A DNA stretch of 64,000 nt from an uncultured Acidobacteriota bacterium (GTDB taxonomy: Bacteria; Acidobacteriota; UBA6911; RPQK01; JAPXNP01), in NCBI GenBank assembly GCA_963777605.1, contig CAVZRV010000010.1, positions 64,001 to 128,000 of the forward strand, in the 5' to 3' direction. The notes beneath the pieces are model-generated. The model searched no databases and was not told where the DNA came from. It saw only the letters and a list, made by a program, of their open reading frames with translations. Below, piece after piece: positions 49,200-59,798 of this stretch (position 1 is the first letter of the stretch; every line of letters begins with the position of its first letter). The translations under genes were made by a program, and so were the position numbers.

Positions 49200-50132
49200 A
49201 TGAGCAAGAAGAAAGTTCTTTTTCTGGGCGAAATCAACGTTGACCTGATGCTCGGAGGCCTGGAGTCCTTCCCGATCCGGGACCGCGAGATCAGTTGTCA
49301 GTCTTTTGAAATCACCGTGGGCAGCTCGACGGCAATCTGTGCCTGTGCCTATTCCTCACTTGGGGGCGACACCTCCTTCATGGGGCTGGCAGGTTCAGAC
49401 GCCTACGGCGACTTCATGATCGACGGGATGCACCGATTCGGGATTGACACGACTTATGTGGCGCGCACGTCCGCCGTCAAGACCGGGGTGACCGTTAACC
49501 TGATCCACGAGAACAGCCGGACACAGGTCACCTACCCGGGCACCATCTCCGCCTTCAGTCGCAACGAGGTGGCGATCGATGCCCTGGGTAAGTTTGATCA
49601 CGTTCACCTCGCCGGACTCTACCTTCAGCACGCCCTCCGGCCGTCAGTAGCAGAGGTCTTGAGTGAAGCTCGAGCGCAGGGCGCCACGACGTCGCTCGAT
49701 CCGCAGTGGGACGCGACCGAAAAGTGGGAGTTCATGGATCGCTGGCTTCCCTTGCTCGACTATTTCTTCGTCAACGCCGACGAAGCCTGTTCCATCGTCC
49801 AGGGCTCCGACCCGGAAGCGGCTTGCCTGGAACTTTCGCGGCGCACTGCCTTTGCCGTGGTGAAAGACGGAGCTCGCGGGATTATCTTCAGCTCCGGCGG
49901 CCAGGTCCGCCGGATTCCTGCCATCCCCGTCAAAGTTGTCGACACCACGGGCGCCGGCGACTCATTCAACGCGGGGTTCCTCTGCGGCCGTCTCGATCAC
50001 GACATGCCCATCGAGGAAGCCCTCCGCTTCGGAATCGGCGTCGCGGCCCGCAGTTGCACGTTCGTAGGAGGCGTGAATGCTCGGTCGAGCTATCAGGACG
50101 TGCAAGATTTCATCAAGAAAGGACAGTCATGA
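49200..50132 (+). CDS. PfkB-family carbohydrate kinase
   Basis: VKDGARG, VDTTGAGDSFNAGF. Confidence 0.92.
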   Translation: MSKKKVLFLGEINVDLMLGGLESFPIRDREISCQSFEITVGSSTAICACAYSSLGGDTSFMGLAGSDAYGDFMIDGMHRFGIDTTYVARTSAVKTGVTVNLIHENSRTQVTYPGTISAFSRNEVAIDALGKFDHVHLAGLYLQHALRPSVAEVLSEARAQGATTSLDPQWDATEKWEFMDRWLPLLDYFFVNADEACSIVQGSDPEAACLELSRRTAFAVVKDGARGIIFSSGGQVRRIPAIPVKVVDTTGAGDSFNAGFLCGRLDHDMPIEEALRFGIGVAARSCTFVGGVNARSSYQDVQDFIKKGQS

Positions 50133-51313
50133 ACGCCTTTGAGAAGCTCCTGGCACTCGATCCGGCGGAAAAGTCGAGGCTGGGAATCGAATACACGGCG
50201 GCCGAGATCTTCCAGCAACCCGACACCTGGTCGAAGATCGCACCGATGTTTCGTGACCAGGTGATCGAGATTCGTAGTTTTCTCTACGACGCGGGCTTGA
50301 TGGGTGACAGGTCGAGTGTTGTTGTCACCACCGGGGCAGGCTCCTCGGAGTTCATCGGCAGTGCAGTCAGCGGCTTGCTCAAGGAGCGGCTGGGGCGTGA
50401 AGTGGTCTCTATCCCCACCACTCACCTGGTCACTCATGCCCGTTCTTCGTTTGCGTCGTCCGAGTCTTACACGGTCATCTCGTTCGCACGATCGGGAAAC
50501 TCGCCCGAATCGGTGGCAACCCTCGATCGCATTCGCCGCTACCGGCCCGACGCGAGGCACATCATCATCACCTGCAACGGCGAGGGCGAACTGGCGCATG
50601 CGGCCGGCGGCGATCCCCGGACCCTTTGCCTCGTTTTGCCGGAAGAGACCCACGATCGATCTCTTGTGATGACCAGCTCATTTTCGACGATGGCCCTGAC
50701 GGCCGCGGCACTCGGCTATGTCGATTCACTGGACGAATTCGAGTCCATCTCATCGCGCCTCTCCGCGGGAGCACGCCGGATCTTTGAATGTTCTGACGAC
50801 CTTAAGGCGTTTGCCGAGCAGCCGTTCAGCCGAGCCTGTTTCCTGGGTTCCGGGACACTCTTCGCAACCATGCAGGAGTGCCAGCTCAAGCTGCAGGAAA
50901 TGACGGAGGGTCGGGTAACGTCCCGCTTCGAGTCCTTTCTCGGATTGCGTCACGGTCCCCAGGTCTTCGTAAACCAGGAGTGCGTGGTCGTCGCCGGGCT
51001 GGCTTCGGATCCCCTCGTTCGCCGCTATGAACTCGACATGCTTCGGGAGTTGAAGTCCAAGCAGCAGGGTCGGTCCACTCTGGTCATTTGCGACCAGGTT
51101 TCACCGGGAATCGAATCGGCCTCCGACTTCAGAATCGACCTGTTTCCGGATGGGAACTCGGTACCCGATTCCTTTCGGATCATGACCGACGTCGTCGCCG
51201 GCCAATTGCTGGGGATGTTCAAATCGATGGCGGTCGGTCTCAAGCCGGACAATCCGAGCACGAGCGGTGTGATCAACAGGGTGGTTCAGGGGGTCGTGAT
51301 TTATGACAACTGA
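50129..51313 (+). CDS. agaS: AgaS-type SIS-domain sugar-phosphate isomerase/deaminase
   Basis: TAAEIFQQP, GAGSSEFIG, SFARSGNSPES, MTSSFS, GLRHGP, PDNPSTSGVINRVVQGV. Confidence 0.85.
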   Translation: MNAFEKLLALDPAEKSRLGIEYTAAEIFQQPDTWSKIAPMFRDQVIEIRSFLYDAGLMGDRSSVVVTTGAGSSEFIGSAVSGLLKERLGREVVSIPTTHLVTHARSSFASSESYTVISFARSGNSPESVATLDRIRRYRPDARHIIITCNGEGELAHAAGGDPRTLCLVLPEETHDRSLVMTSSFSTMALTAAALGYVDSLDEFESISSRLSAGARRIFECSDDLKAFAEQPFSRACFLGSGTLFATMQECQLKLQEMTEGRVTSRFESFLGLRHGPQVFVNQECVVVAGLASDPLVRRYELDMLRELKSKQQGRSTLVICDQVSPGIESASDFRIDLFPDGNSVPDSFRIMTDVVAGQLLGMFKSMAVGLKPDNPSTSGVINRVVQGVVIYDN

Positions 51314-52622
51314 ACCGCTCCACCCCGTTCAACGGATGGTTCGCAACCACAAGTCGGGCTCCCCAGTGGGCATCTACTCAGTCTGCTCAGCCAACGAGTT
51401 TGTCTTGAGGGCTGCCATGCGACAGGCGATCGAGGACAACTCGGAGTTGCTGGTCGAGGCGACCTGTAACCAGGTCAACCAGTTCGGTGGGTACACCGGA
51501 CAGACCCCAGCGCAGTTTGCAGCGTCTTTCAAGGAACTGTGCGGGGCCGAGGGGTTGCCGGTCGATTCGCTGATTCTCGGTGGTGATCACCTGGGTCCGT
51601 CGGTCTGGCAGGGAGAACCGGCCGAGCAGGCCATGAACAAGTCCAGGGTCATGGTTCGAGACTTCGTCCGTGCCGGATTTACGAAGATTCACCTTGACGC
51701 CAGCATGTCGTGCGCCGATGACCCGACCCCTGTTCCCGACAGTATAGTCGCCGAGCGCGCGGCAGAGCTCTGCCGGGTTGCGGAAGAGGCGTCCGTGGAG
51801 CGCCCCGACGGCTCTCCGGCACTTGTCTACGTGGTGGGAACCGAAGTCCCGACTCCGGGCGGAGCGCTGGAGGAACTCGACCAGCTGCAGGTGACCCGCC
51901 CTTCGGAAGCACTTGAAACCCTGGCCAACGTCCGAAAGGCGTTTGAACGGCGAGGACTCCAACAGGCCTGGGAGCGCGTAGTGGCGCTGGTGGTTCAGCC
52001 TGGTGTCGAATTCGGCGCTGACTCGGTCGTGGCCTATGATCCAGCGGCGGCCGGAGAACTCTCCCGCGCGATCGAGCCATTTGACCATCTCGTCTACGAG
52101 GCCCACTCGACCGATTACCAGCCGGCGAACGCTTTAGAGGCTTTGGTGAAAGATCACTTCGCCATTTTGAAAGTGGGTCCATGGCTCACCTTCGCGCTTC
52201 GGGAGGCGGTCTTTGCTCTCGCTCGGATCGAGGAGGAACTCCCTTCCCTTCCTCCCGATTCCAGGTCCCGGGTGCGTCAGGTCCTGGAAGAGGAAATGAA
52301 CGGAAATCCGGGTCACTGGCGCAACCACTACCACGGCGATGCCAGTCAGATTACGCTTCAGCGCGGCTTCAGTTTCAGCGACCGGATCCGCTATTACTGG
52401 CAGCGTCCCGCGGTTCAGAACGCCCTCGGGCGGTTGATTGAGAACCTGAGATCGGTGTCTCTTCCCTATACCCTTCTTCACCAGTACTTACCGGTGGAAT
52501 CCGAGGCGGCCGGCCAATCGAAGCGCCTGGCCACGCCGGAATTCTTGATCACGCTCAAAATCAGGGGGGTACTGCAGGTCTACAGCGAAGCCTGCGGAAT
52601 GGCTGAAATGCGGCAGTCCTGA
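51303..52622 (+). CDS. gatZ: GatZ/KbaZ-family protein (probable tagatose-6-phosphate 4-epimerase)
   Basis: GIYSVCSA, EATCNQVNQFGGYTG, GGDHLGP, KIHLDASM, EAHSTDYQ, LKVGPWLTF, SDRIRYYW. Confidence 0.92.
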   Translation: MTTEPLHPVQRMVRNHKSGSPVGIYSVCSANEFVLRAAMRQAIEDNSELLVEATCNQVNQFGGYTGQTPAQFAASFKELCGAEGLPVDSLILGGDHLGPSVWQGEPAEQAMNKSRVMVRDFVRAGFTKIHLDASMSCADDPTPVPDSIVAERAAELCRVAEEASVERPDGSPALVYVVGTEVPTPGGALEELDQLQVTRPSEALETLANVRKAFERRGLQQAWERVVALVVQPGVEFGADSVVAYDPAAAGELSRAIEPFDHLVYEAHSTDYQPANALEALVKDHFAILKVGPWLTFALREAVFALARIEEELPSLPPDSRSRVRQVLEEEMNGNPGHWRNHYHGDASQITLQRGFSFSDRIRYYWQRPAVQNALGRLIENLRSVSLPYTLLHQYLPVESEAAGQSKRLATPEFLITLKIRGVLQVYSEACGMAEMRQS

Positions 52623-52653
52623 TCTCATTCAGTTCCGCCGAAAGGAGTTAACG

Positions 52654-54693
52654 ATGAGATACAAACTCGCTCGAATAGGCCTGCTGGGCCTGCTTTTCCC
52701 GCTGCTCGTGCTCCTCACTGCCTGTGGGCAGCAGTCAAAGATCGAATCCTCCCAAATGCGAATCGACTTCGACTCGCAGATGAAGAGCAGGGTGGTGGTT
52801 AGAAACGGAGCGGAGGACAAGGTCCTCGGCCAGTTTCGCGCATCGGAGTACCTGATCGAAAACGGCGAACCCAGGCAGGATTTCGAACTCAAGTCCTCGC
52901 GCGTCGAGTCCATCCAGGACGGTCTCGGGAAGGGTGTCCGAACGATACTCCTGGGTTCCGCCGGGGAACTCGAGAAGGAGGTGTCGGTCGATCTCTACGA
53001 CGACTTTCCGGAGATGGCCGTCTTCCGCGTGAGCTATACCAACCGGGGTCCGATCGAGCTTCCCGTCGAAGCATGGGTCAACAATGAATACGCCATCGAT
53101 TCCAACAACGCCGAACCGCCTTTCTGGTCCTTTCAGGGCTCTTCCCACGAGGACCGCAGAGACTGGGTAAGGCCGCTCGAAGTGGGGGCTTCAGAACGCA
53201 ATTACATGGGGATGAACGATTCCGACTACGGAGGGGGAATCCCGGTGGTTGCCGTCTGGCGGCCCGACGCGGGAATTGCTGTCGGCCACCTGGCCCAGGT
53301 GCCGAAGCTCAATTCCCTTCCCGTTGCTGTGCCCGACCCGAGTCACGCCGAACTGGGCGTTCGGTTCGACCTGGATCAGAACCTTCAACCGGGACAGACC
53401 CTGGAGACTCTCCCAACCTTTGTCACCACGTTCAAGGGGGACTACTTTTCCGCGCTTGAGACGTATCGCCACGTCATGATGCGAAGGGGAATTCACTTCG
53501 AGGGCTTCCCTGAAACCAGCTACGAGCCGATCTGGTGTGCCTGGGGCTACGAGCGCAATTTCACCATGGATCAAATCTACGGGACCCTTCCGAAAGTGAA
53601 GGAACTTGGGCTGAAGTGGGCCGTGCTGGACGACGGGTGGCAAACTGCCGAAGGAGACTGGTACCTCGATCCAAAGAAGTTCCCCCGGGGCGACAAGGAC
53701 ATGCTCCAGCTCACCTCGACGATTCGCAAGGCGGGCCTCCGCCCGAAACTCTGGTGGGTTCCGCTGGCGGTCGATCCTGGAACTGATCTCATCACGCAGC
53801 ATCCCGACTACGTCCTGCTCAACCCCGATGGAAAATACCAGGACATCAGCTGGTGGAACTCATACTACCTCTGCCCGGCCTACCCCCCGGTCAGAGAGTA
53901 CACCATGAATCTGGTCCGGAAGATCCTTTCCGACTGGGACTACGACGGACTCAAGATCGACGGCCAGCACCTCAACGCCGTCCCGCCCTGCACGAACCCG
54001 GCGCACCATCACGCCCGCCCCGAAGAATCGGTCGAGGCGGTCCCCGAGTTCTTCCGCGAGATCTACGAGACCGCAAAATCGATCAAGCCCGATGCCGTAG
54101 TCGAAATCTGTCCGTGCGGCACAACCTTCAGCTTCTTCAACATGCCCGGGATGAACCAGCCGGTTTCATCCGACCCGCTCAGTTCATGGCAGATCCGCCT
54201 CAAGGGAAAGACCTACAAAGCCCTCATGGGTTCTGACGTTCCCTACTACGGAGACCATGTCGAACTGAGTGACCGGCGTAGCGATTTCGCTTCGACCATT
54301 GGCATTGGCGGAGTGCCGGGAACCAAGTTCACCTGGCCGGTTGGGGCAATGAAGAAATCCCGGATCGATCTGACCCCGGAGAAGGAGGAGATCTGGGCAC
54401 ACTGGCTCGACATCTACCGGACAACTCAACTGCCCAAGGGAGAGTACCTCGGCAAGTTGTACGACATTGGCTACGATCGACCCGAAACCCATGCGATCCG
54501 TAAGGACGATCGAATGTACTATGCGTTTTACGCGGACTCCTATTCCGGCCCGGTCGAACTCCGAGGCCTCAGCGAGGGGCAGTACAAGGTCCGCGACTAC
54601 GTCAACTCGAAAGACCTTGGTACGGTCGAGGGTCCGACAGGACGGTTGGAAGTCTCCTTCGAACACAACCTCCTGATCGAAGCGTCCCAGTGA
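52654..54693 (+). CDS. GH36 alpha-galactosidase-family lipoprotein
   Basis: Lipobox LTAC, LDDGWQ, KFPRG, GLKIDG, VEICPCG. Confidence 0.85.
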   Translation: MRYKLARIGLLGLLFPLLVLLTACGQQSKIESSQMRIDFDSQMKSRVVVRNGAEDKVLGQFRASEYLIENGEPRQDFELKSSRVESIQDGLGKGVRTILLGSAGELEKEVSVDLYDDFPEMAVFRVSYTNRGPIELPVEAWVNNEYAIDSNNAEPPFWSFQGSSHEDRRDWVRPLEVGASERNYMGMNDSDYGGGIPVVAVWRPDAGIAVGHLAQVPKLNSLPVAVPDPSHAELGVRFDLDQNLQPGQTLETLPTFVTTFKGDYFSALETYRHVMMRRGIHFEGFPETSYEPIWCAWGYERNFTMDQIYGTLPKVKELGLKWAVLDDGWQTAEGDWYLDPKKFPRGDKDMLQLTSTIRKAGLRPKLWWVPLAVDPGTDLITQHPDYVLLNPDGKYQDISWWNSYYLCPAYPPVREYTMNLVRKILSDWDYDGLKIDGQHLNAVPPCTNPAHHHARPEESVEAVPEFFREIYETAKSIKPDAVVEICPCGTTFSFFNMPGMNQPVSSDPLSSWQIRLKGKTYKALMGSDVPYYGDHVELSDRRSDFASTIGIGGVPGTKFTWPVGAMKKSRIDLTPEKEEIWAHWLDIYRTTQLPKGEYLGKLYDIGYDRPETHAIRKDDRMYYAFYADSYSGPVELRGLSEGQYKVRDYVNSKDLGTVEGPTGRLEVSFEHNLLIEASQ

Positions 54694-54829
54694 GAGTCGT
54701 TCTGCCTCAGGGCACCAGGCAAACCCCGCTGAGAACCGGCTTGGGCTGGCATTTGTAAACGAATCTCATACTGGTTTCTGACTTTCGACTCACAGCGACG
54801 GTGTGACAACACCTCGAATGGCGACGCCT

Positions 54830-57583
54830 TCAGAACGAGAAATCGTCAGAATGTGGGTCCACACGAACAACGTAGTTGGTACCGGCCGGGACGGTTAGAG
54901 AGTAGTTCCCCTGCGCATCGGTCGACGTTTGCAGAAGCAGCAAAGCCGCGTTTGGAGCACCCACCAATCCTCCGCTGCCAGTCGCTTCAATCGAGGCATC
55001 CGGAACCGGCGCTCCATCCGGGCCAGTGACCTTACCGGAAATCGTAACCGGCTGTGGAAGAGTCGGGACTTGGAGGTCCAGATTGGCGTCGGCATCGAAA
55101 CTGTGCGGATTGGCGCCCAGCAGCGGAGAGACGATTTCGGTCGAGTCACCCGGAATGCCGGGAGCGCCCAGCGAGGCAAAATACGTGTAGGTCTCGCCCC
55201 GAGGAACGACCAGGCTGTAGGCTCCACTCGCGAAGACATTCGTGCCGCTGAATCCAAGACTCTGTACAGGAAGACACTGGTGAAAACTCCGGAAGGTTGG
55301 GAATTTGAGGTTTGTTGCGCCGGCCTGCGATCTCGCAAAGTTGGCCGTCTGAGGCTGCTTGACCTGTCCGCTCACCACCACCAGGTCAGGCACGCTAAAG
55401 TTCAATCCGGAGGCGCCTCCGGGGCCAACATCGAAGGTTCCAATATCCTGAACGATACCGAATCCATTGAAGGTCACGTCGTCGACAACCTCGCCGAAAA
55501 GGAGGTTCGCGCGGTAGCTCCCCGGAGCGAGAGCGGCCGTAAACGAACCGTTTGAATTGATGCTTGCTATCGACTGAGTTGCGGAGTCGTTGGCGACCAA
55601 GTAGAGCGCTGTTCCGGTCGGAAAGACTCCAGCGGGCAGCTTACCCGTGTCGCTTAGCGTCCCGGTCACTCCGACAGTCTCGGGGTTCGGGATTGTCAGA
55701 TCATGGGTTGTCTCCCCTTCGACAGCCACCCCCGGTTCGAGATGGGTAACAATGGTGTAATAAGGCTCCCCGGCTTGCAAGGGTACAAACCGGGACGCCA
55801 GACTGGACCCCTTTCCTCCAGCAGACGCAAAGGCAACGTTTAATTCCGTACAAAAGCCCAGGTCGTAGGTACCCTTCGGAACGATGATCGAGAAGTCACC
55901 CAGTTCGCTCGTGAAAATGCCCGCATAAGAATGGCCCGAGCCGTCGACTGCGGTGATCCGGGACGTCACGTCCGATCCGGATTCAAGGGTGAGTCTGCCT
56001 TTCAACTCATAACCGGCATCGAGCTGAATGTTCTGAGCGAGATTCGAAGTCAGGTCGATTCCAGTCAGGGTCTTGGGCAGAAGATTCCCGGGATCGGGAT
56101 CCGCTCCGGCGAGACCGTCGAACAGGTCGGTGAGAACCGGCAGCGTGGTCAAAGTCGAAGGGCCTTGACGAAGGCCGACAGCAGCCAGTTCCACATCGGA
56201 GGAGACCGCCAGTTGACCGGTTGTGTTGGAGATGGAGCCGGCATCCTTCAGTTCCGTGATGAACTTGGCGAGATGTCCGAACGGGACGAGAGCTTCCGGG
56301 CCGATTCGGTATTTGAAGCTAGCGACGCCAGTCCCGGAGTTGTCAAAGAAGGTGAAGTTGACGTGGGCCGTATCCGTCCCAGAAGTGTTCTGGAAGGCAA
56401 GCCCGGTATTGAATCCGGAAGTCAAATCAATTGGGATCGTGAAATCGCGACTTACGGGAGATTTCCCGACGCCGGCCTCGACCGTGATATTCCCGTCGCC
56501 GTCGAAGAGACTGAATATTGCTGAGACGCCGATCGGAGCGGTGGATTCGATTCGAGCCGATCCCGTCGTCAACGCGCCGGTGCCGTTGGTCTCGGTAAAG
56601 ATTGCGCCGTTGGCCGGCAGTTCGAACTCGAATGTGCTCCCTGACTCACCCGTGGAAAGAGTCGTCTCGAGATCTGCGCCATCATCGTCTGTCAAAGTCA
56701 AGTCGATGGTCGCGCTGAATCCGAGGCTGAAAATCACGAACTGAGTCTTGATGCCCCCGTTGTTACCGGCGGCCCCGTTGGCAATATGAGGCAGTTTGAA
56801 TGATGTCGTCTCGGCCCCGCTCTCATCCCCAATGATCCATCGAGTAGGTACCACCGGGAGGGTCGTCAACGGAGTTGCCCTGGCTGAATTCTGGCGCAGA
56901 GTGAGAGCAGAAACCGGACCGGTGGCGGAGACCCTCAAGCACCCCTTGAAGTCACCCAACTGAGGAAACAAGCCGCCCACTTCATCGACAAAAACCGCCA
57001 GATGACCCCCTTCGGGAATATTTCGAGTCGTTGCCCCACGGAGCACTCCGTCTTCGCCGTAAAGCTCGAAGGTGACGGTTGCTTGACCCTTACCCACGTT
57101 GGCCATGGCGAGTCCGGTATTGAAGGGTCCGACCGTATTGACGGCCAGCGCGAAGGCCGACATCGCCTGCGACGTCGAAATGCCTGCCTCGGTCAGGATG
57201 GCGGTTCCTCCGTCTTTGAGGATGGTGAAGATCCCAGATATCCCGATGTCGGCATCCTCCGACAGAACGGTGGCCGACCCGACCACGAGGTCGCCCTGCC
57301 CATCGGTCTGAAGAAACCGGGACTCACCGGCGCCCAGGGAAAGAGTTTTTGCAGGTCCGGCGCTCAGGCCGGGAATATTGATCGAAACCGGGTCCCCCGA
57401 GTCATCGAAGAAGCTCAACGTGACGGTTGTATCGGTGGTGGTGCTGTTGACCAGGATAAACGTGGTTCGAATTGCATTGGCTCCGTTGGCAATATGCGGC
57501 AGTCGATATTTCAGCTGTCCCCAAAGACCACAGCAGAGGACGCCGCCAAGGATTGGCAGCAGGAATGCGTAGCGATACTTCAT
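54830..57583 (-). CDS. large secreted protein with a duplicated N-terminal module and C-terminal carboxypeptidase-regulatory-like beta-sandwiches
   Basis: Signal peptide from ATG 57583; two LPHIANG...FNTGLA...GHLA...LTTLPV modules; ISGKVTGPDGAPVPDA...TDAQGNYSL. Confidence 0.75.
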   Translation of the reverse strand: MKYRYAFLLPILGGVLCCGLWGQLKYRLPHIANGANAIRTTFILVNSTTTDTTVTLSFFDDSGDPVSINIPGLSAGPAKTLSLGAGESRFLQTDGQGDLVVGSATVLSEDADIGISGIFTILKDGGTAILTEAGISTSQAMSAFALAVNTVGPFNTGLAMANVGKGQATVTFELYGEDGVLRGATTRNIPEGGHLAVFVDEVGGLFPQLGDFKGCLRVSATGPVSALTLRQNSARATPLTTLPVVPTRWIIGDESGAETTSFKLPHIANGAAGNNGGIKTQFVIFSLGFSATIDLTLTDDDGADLETTLSTGESGSTFEFELPANGAIFTETNGTGALTTGSARIESTAPIGVSAIFSLFDGDGNITVEAGVGKSPVSRDFTIPIDLTSGFNTGLAFQNTSGTDTAHVNFTFFDNSGTGVASFKYRIGPEALVPFGHLAKFITELKDAGSISNTTGQLAVSSDVELAAVGLRQGPSTLTTLPVLTDLFDGLAGADPDPGNLLPKTLTGIDLTSNLAQNIQLDAGYELKGRLTLESGSDVTSRITAVDGSGHSYAGIFTSELGDFSIIVPKGTYDLGFCTELNVAFASAGGKGSSLASRFVPLQAGEPYYTIVTHLEPGVAVEGETTHDLTIPNPETVGVTGTLSDTGKLPAGVFPTGTALYLVANDSATQSIASINSNGSFTAALAPGSYRANLLFGEVVDDVTFNGFGIVQDIGTFDVGPGGASGLNFSVPDLVVVSGQVKQPQTANFARSQAGATNLKFPTFRSFHQCLPVQSLGFSGTNVFASGAYSLVVPRGETYTYFASLGAPGIPGDSTEIVSPLLGANPHSFDADANLDLQVPTLPQPVTISGKVTGPDGAPVPDASIEATGSGGLVGAPNAALLLLQTSTDAQGNYSLTVPAGTNYVVRVDPHSDDFSF

Positions 57584-57788
57584 TATTGTGACTCCCTCCC
57601 AAATTGTCGAAGCAAACCTCGGGGCAGGTGGAACACGAGGTGATGGGGCCATTGTAGCGGATCGGGAAGATAGTTTCAGGTCTGTGGGCAGGGTTGCCGG
57701 ACTGAGCGTCTGCCGTTCGCGTTGCCGAGCTCTTTGGTGGGAGACGTTGGCTCGGTTGTTTTCGTATTGACCCGTCTCGTGTGGAACT

Positions 57789-57998
57789 GAAGGGAGTAAT
57801 TCTCAACACGCGGCAAGGCTAACTGACTAGACCTGGGATCAGCTCATCGCGGACCGCGATGCCCTTCGCGCTCATCTCGGACAAGGGAAGGTCTGGGTGG
57901 CGGGGCATTCCGAAGCCGGTACCCTGGCCCTGCGCTATGCCTGCCGGCACCCGGATCGCCTCAACGGACTCCTGATCATCGACAGGCTCCTGTGCTAA
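57789..57998 (+). pseudogene. alpha/beta hydrolase fragment
   Basis: D*TWDQLIADRDALRAHLGQGKVWVAGHSEAGTLALRYACRHPDRLNGLLIID with an in-frame TAG at 57828; both ends missing. Confidence 0.75.
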
Positions 57999-58183
57999 TC
58001 AGTGGTCTCGCGTCACTCGTGGATCTTGGTGCCGTTTTGTCAATAACTAAAGCGTGTCCAGCCAAAATGCAAGTTTAAGAGTGACGGTACTTATGTATAT
58101 TCTCTAGGTGGTTACGAAACCACGCTCCAGGACTCATAATCCTGCGATGTTCATTAACCTCGTGCGGGCTCACTGAAAAGTGT

Positions 58184-58238
58184 GATCTGAGATCTTTGAA
58201 TTCGAAGTAGTTCGAAGTTCTAATCTCTCAGATCTCAG
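58184..58238. repeat. AT-rich imperfect inverted repeat
   Basis: GATCTGAGA/TCTCAGATC and CTGAGATCT/AGATCTCAG arms around two TTCGAAG units. Confidence 0.5.
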
Positions 58239-58644
58239 TTTCCATTTGTGTCCGCGAGAAACTCGCTTTGTCCAACTTCAGCCAAGATAGGGGTATATTC
58301 CTGAGGCCTGAAATAGTAGGAAGAATGGTTCGAACCAGGTCATGAATGTCGCGCATCTTTCACAGAATACTGATTCATGAAACGCTGAACAAGAATTGCA
58401 GCAGTCATTGCGATTCAGGGTGGATAGAATTTTCCGTGGAGACAGCATCTTATTTTAAGGGCTTGATTGTCCCATTTCCGCTGATGACGTACATACCCCT
58501 GCATTTCTCGGAGTCCCGGTACGCGTAGAATACTTGACATACAACTCGCTGCCTAAGTAACATCAATTCTTCCTCAGCTAGCAGTCGCCCAGTGGTGCTG
58601 GTTAATGATTCCGAAACGGCTAATCACCATGGAGAGAAAATACT

Positions 58645-59670
58645 ATGTACTCCGACTTCACCAGACGCAAGTTTGTGATCAATGCAGGAGCCGCCGCCGC
58701 GTTAACTCTAATTCCAGTCGGCGCGCTGGGGAGCGAGACGACCAAGCGGCGAAATACGTTTTCAGTGAGCCTGAACTCCTACTCGTATGGGCAGTTTGAC
58801 TTGGCCCAGTGTCTTGAGCAGATCAGGAAGACGCCGATCCGCATGTTGGAGTTGCCCGTCGAGCAGGCTCGCCCCAACTCTCTGATTCCCGAGTTGATGG
58901 TGGAAGCTCCCTTGGGCGGCGAGTGGCAATACAGCCTGTCGGATCTGAAGCAACTCCTGGCGAAGGATGGTTTCCAGGCCGAGAGCCTGGATGTCTTCGG
59001 CTTCATGGGCTATCAGGGCTCGGAACCCATTATTAAGCGGCGAATCGACTTTGCGGAGCGGCTCGGGGCAAAAACCATCGTCCTCGGTTGCTACCACAAG
59101 GCCTTTGATCACAAGGCCAAAACGTCTGCAGGCGGCGAGTCCCTTGAAGCGAAAGAGGCTCGCGCCTACATTTATTCGATGCTTCGCAACGTCGCCGATT
59201 ACGCGGCAAAGAAGGACATCCGCATTGCACTGGAAATCCACGGCGGCATCACCGCGAATGCGGCGGAAGCGCTCCGTACTATGAATGAAGTGAATCGGGA
59301 GAATCTTGGTATCAACTTCGACGTCGCCAACATCCTCATTTACAACCGCGACATGGATGCCGCGGGCGCCGCACGGGAACTCCAGTCGCTTGCCAAACAC
59401 GTGTTTCACGTCCACCTGAAGGACGTTGTACGCTTGCCGGGCGAGGAGAAACCGGGCGAGGAAAAATTCGTCAACCCACGGCTTGGCCAGGGCGAGGTTG
59501 ATTTCCGCAAAGCCTTCGACATCCTTCACGGCGTCGGCTTCTACGGCCCGTTCAGCTTCGAGATCGAGACGTTTCAAAGCGATACTACTTCGAACGACAT
59601 TCGCGCCTACCAGCAGGACATGGAGGCCTCGATCGAATACTTGCGGTCGCTTGGCGAATTTGACCTTTAG
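58645..59670 (+). CDS. Tat-exported sugar phosphate isomerase/epimerase (xylose isomerase-like TIM barrel)
   Basis: TRRKF twin-arginine signal; ALEIHG, NFDVAN, HVHLKD, LGQGEVDF, FEIE. Confidence 0.88.
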   Translation: MYSDFTRRKFVINAGAAAALTLIPVGALGSETTKRRNTFSVSLNSYSYGQFDLAQCLEQIRKTPIRMLELPVEQARPNSLIPELMVEAPLGGEWQYSLSDLKQLLAKDGFQAESLDVFGFMGYQGSEPIIKRRIDFAERLGAKTIVLGCYHKAFDHKAKTSAGGESLEAKEARAYIYSMLRNVADYAAKKDIRIALEIHGGITANAAEALRTMNEVNRENLGINFDVANILIYNRDMDAAGAARELQSLAKHVFHVHLKDVVRLPGEEKPGEEKFVNPRLGQGEVDFRKAFDILHGVGFYGPFSFEIETFQSDTTSNDIRAYQQDMEASIEYLRSLGEFDL

Positions 59671-59798
59671 CTCATTGTACCCGGGCTTCGCCCAGGGAAG
59701 ATCCCCTTAGCTGCGCTTCGGAGGAAGCACTAAGCACCAAATTGGAAATCCGAAACAGGACACCCTGGACATTTCGCTCCATGTAGATTTCTTTTTAT

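Noticed and set aside
49706-50128. Apparent 141 aa N-terminal extension of AgaS (similar extensions on dnaE, aspS, mutL and EncFtn)
   Set aside because: The extensions overlap upstream genes or leaders; downstream starts fit the family N-termini, mostly with a good RBS
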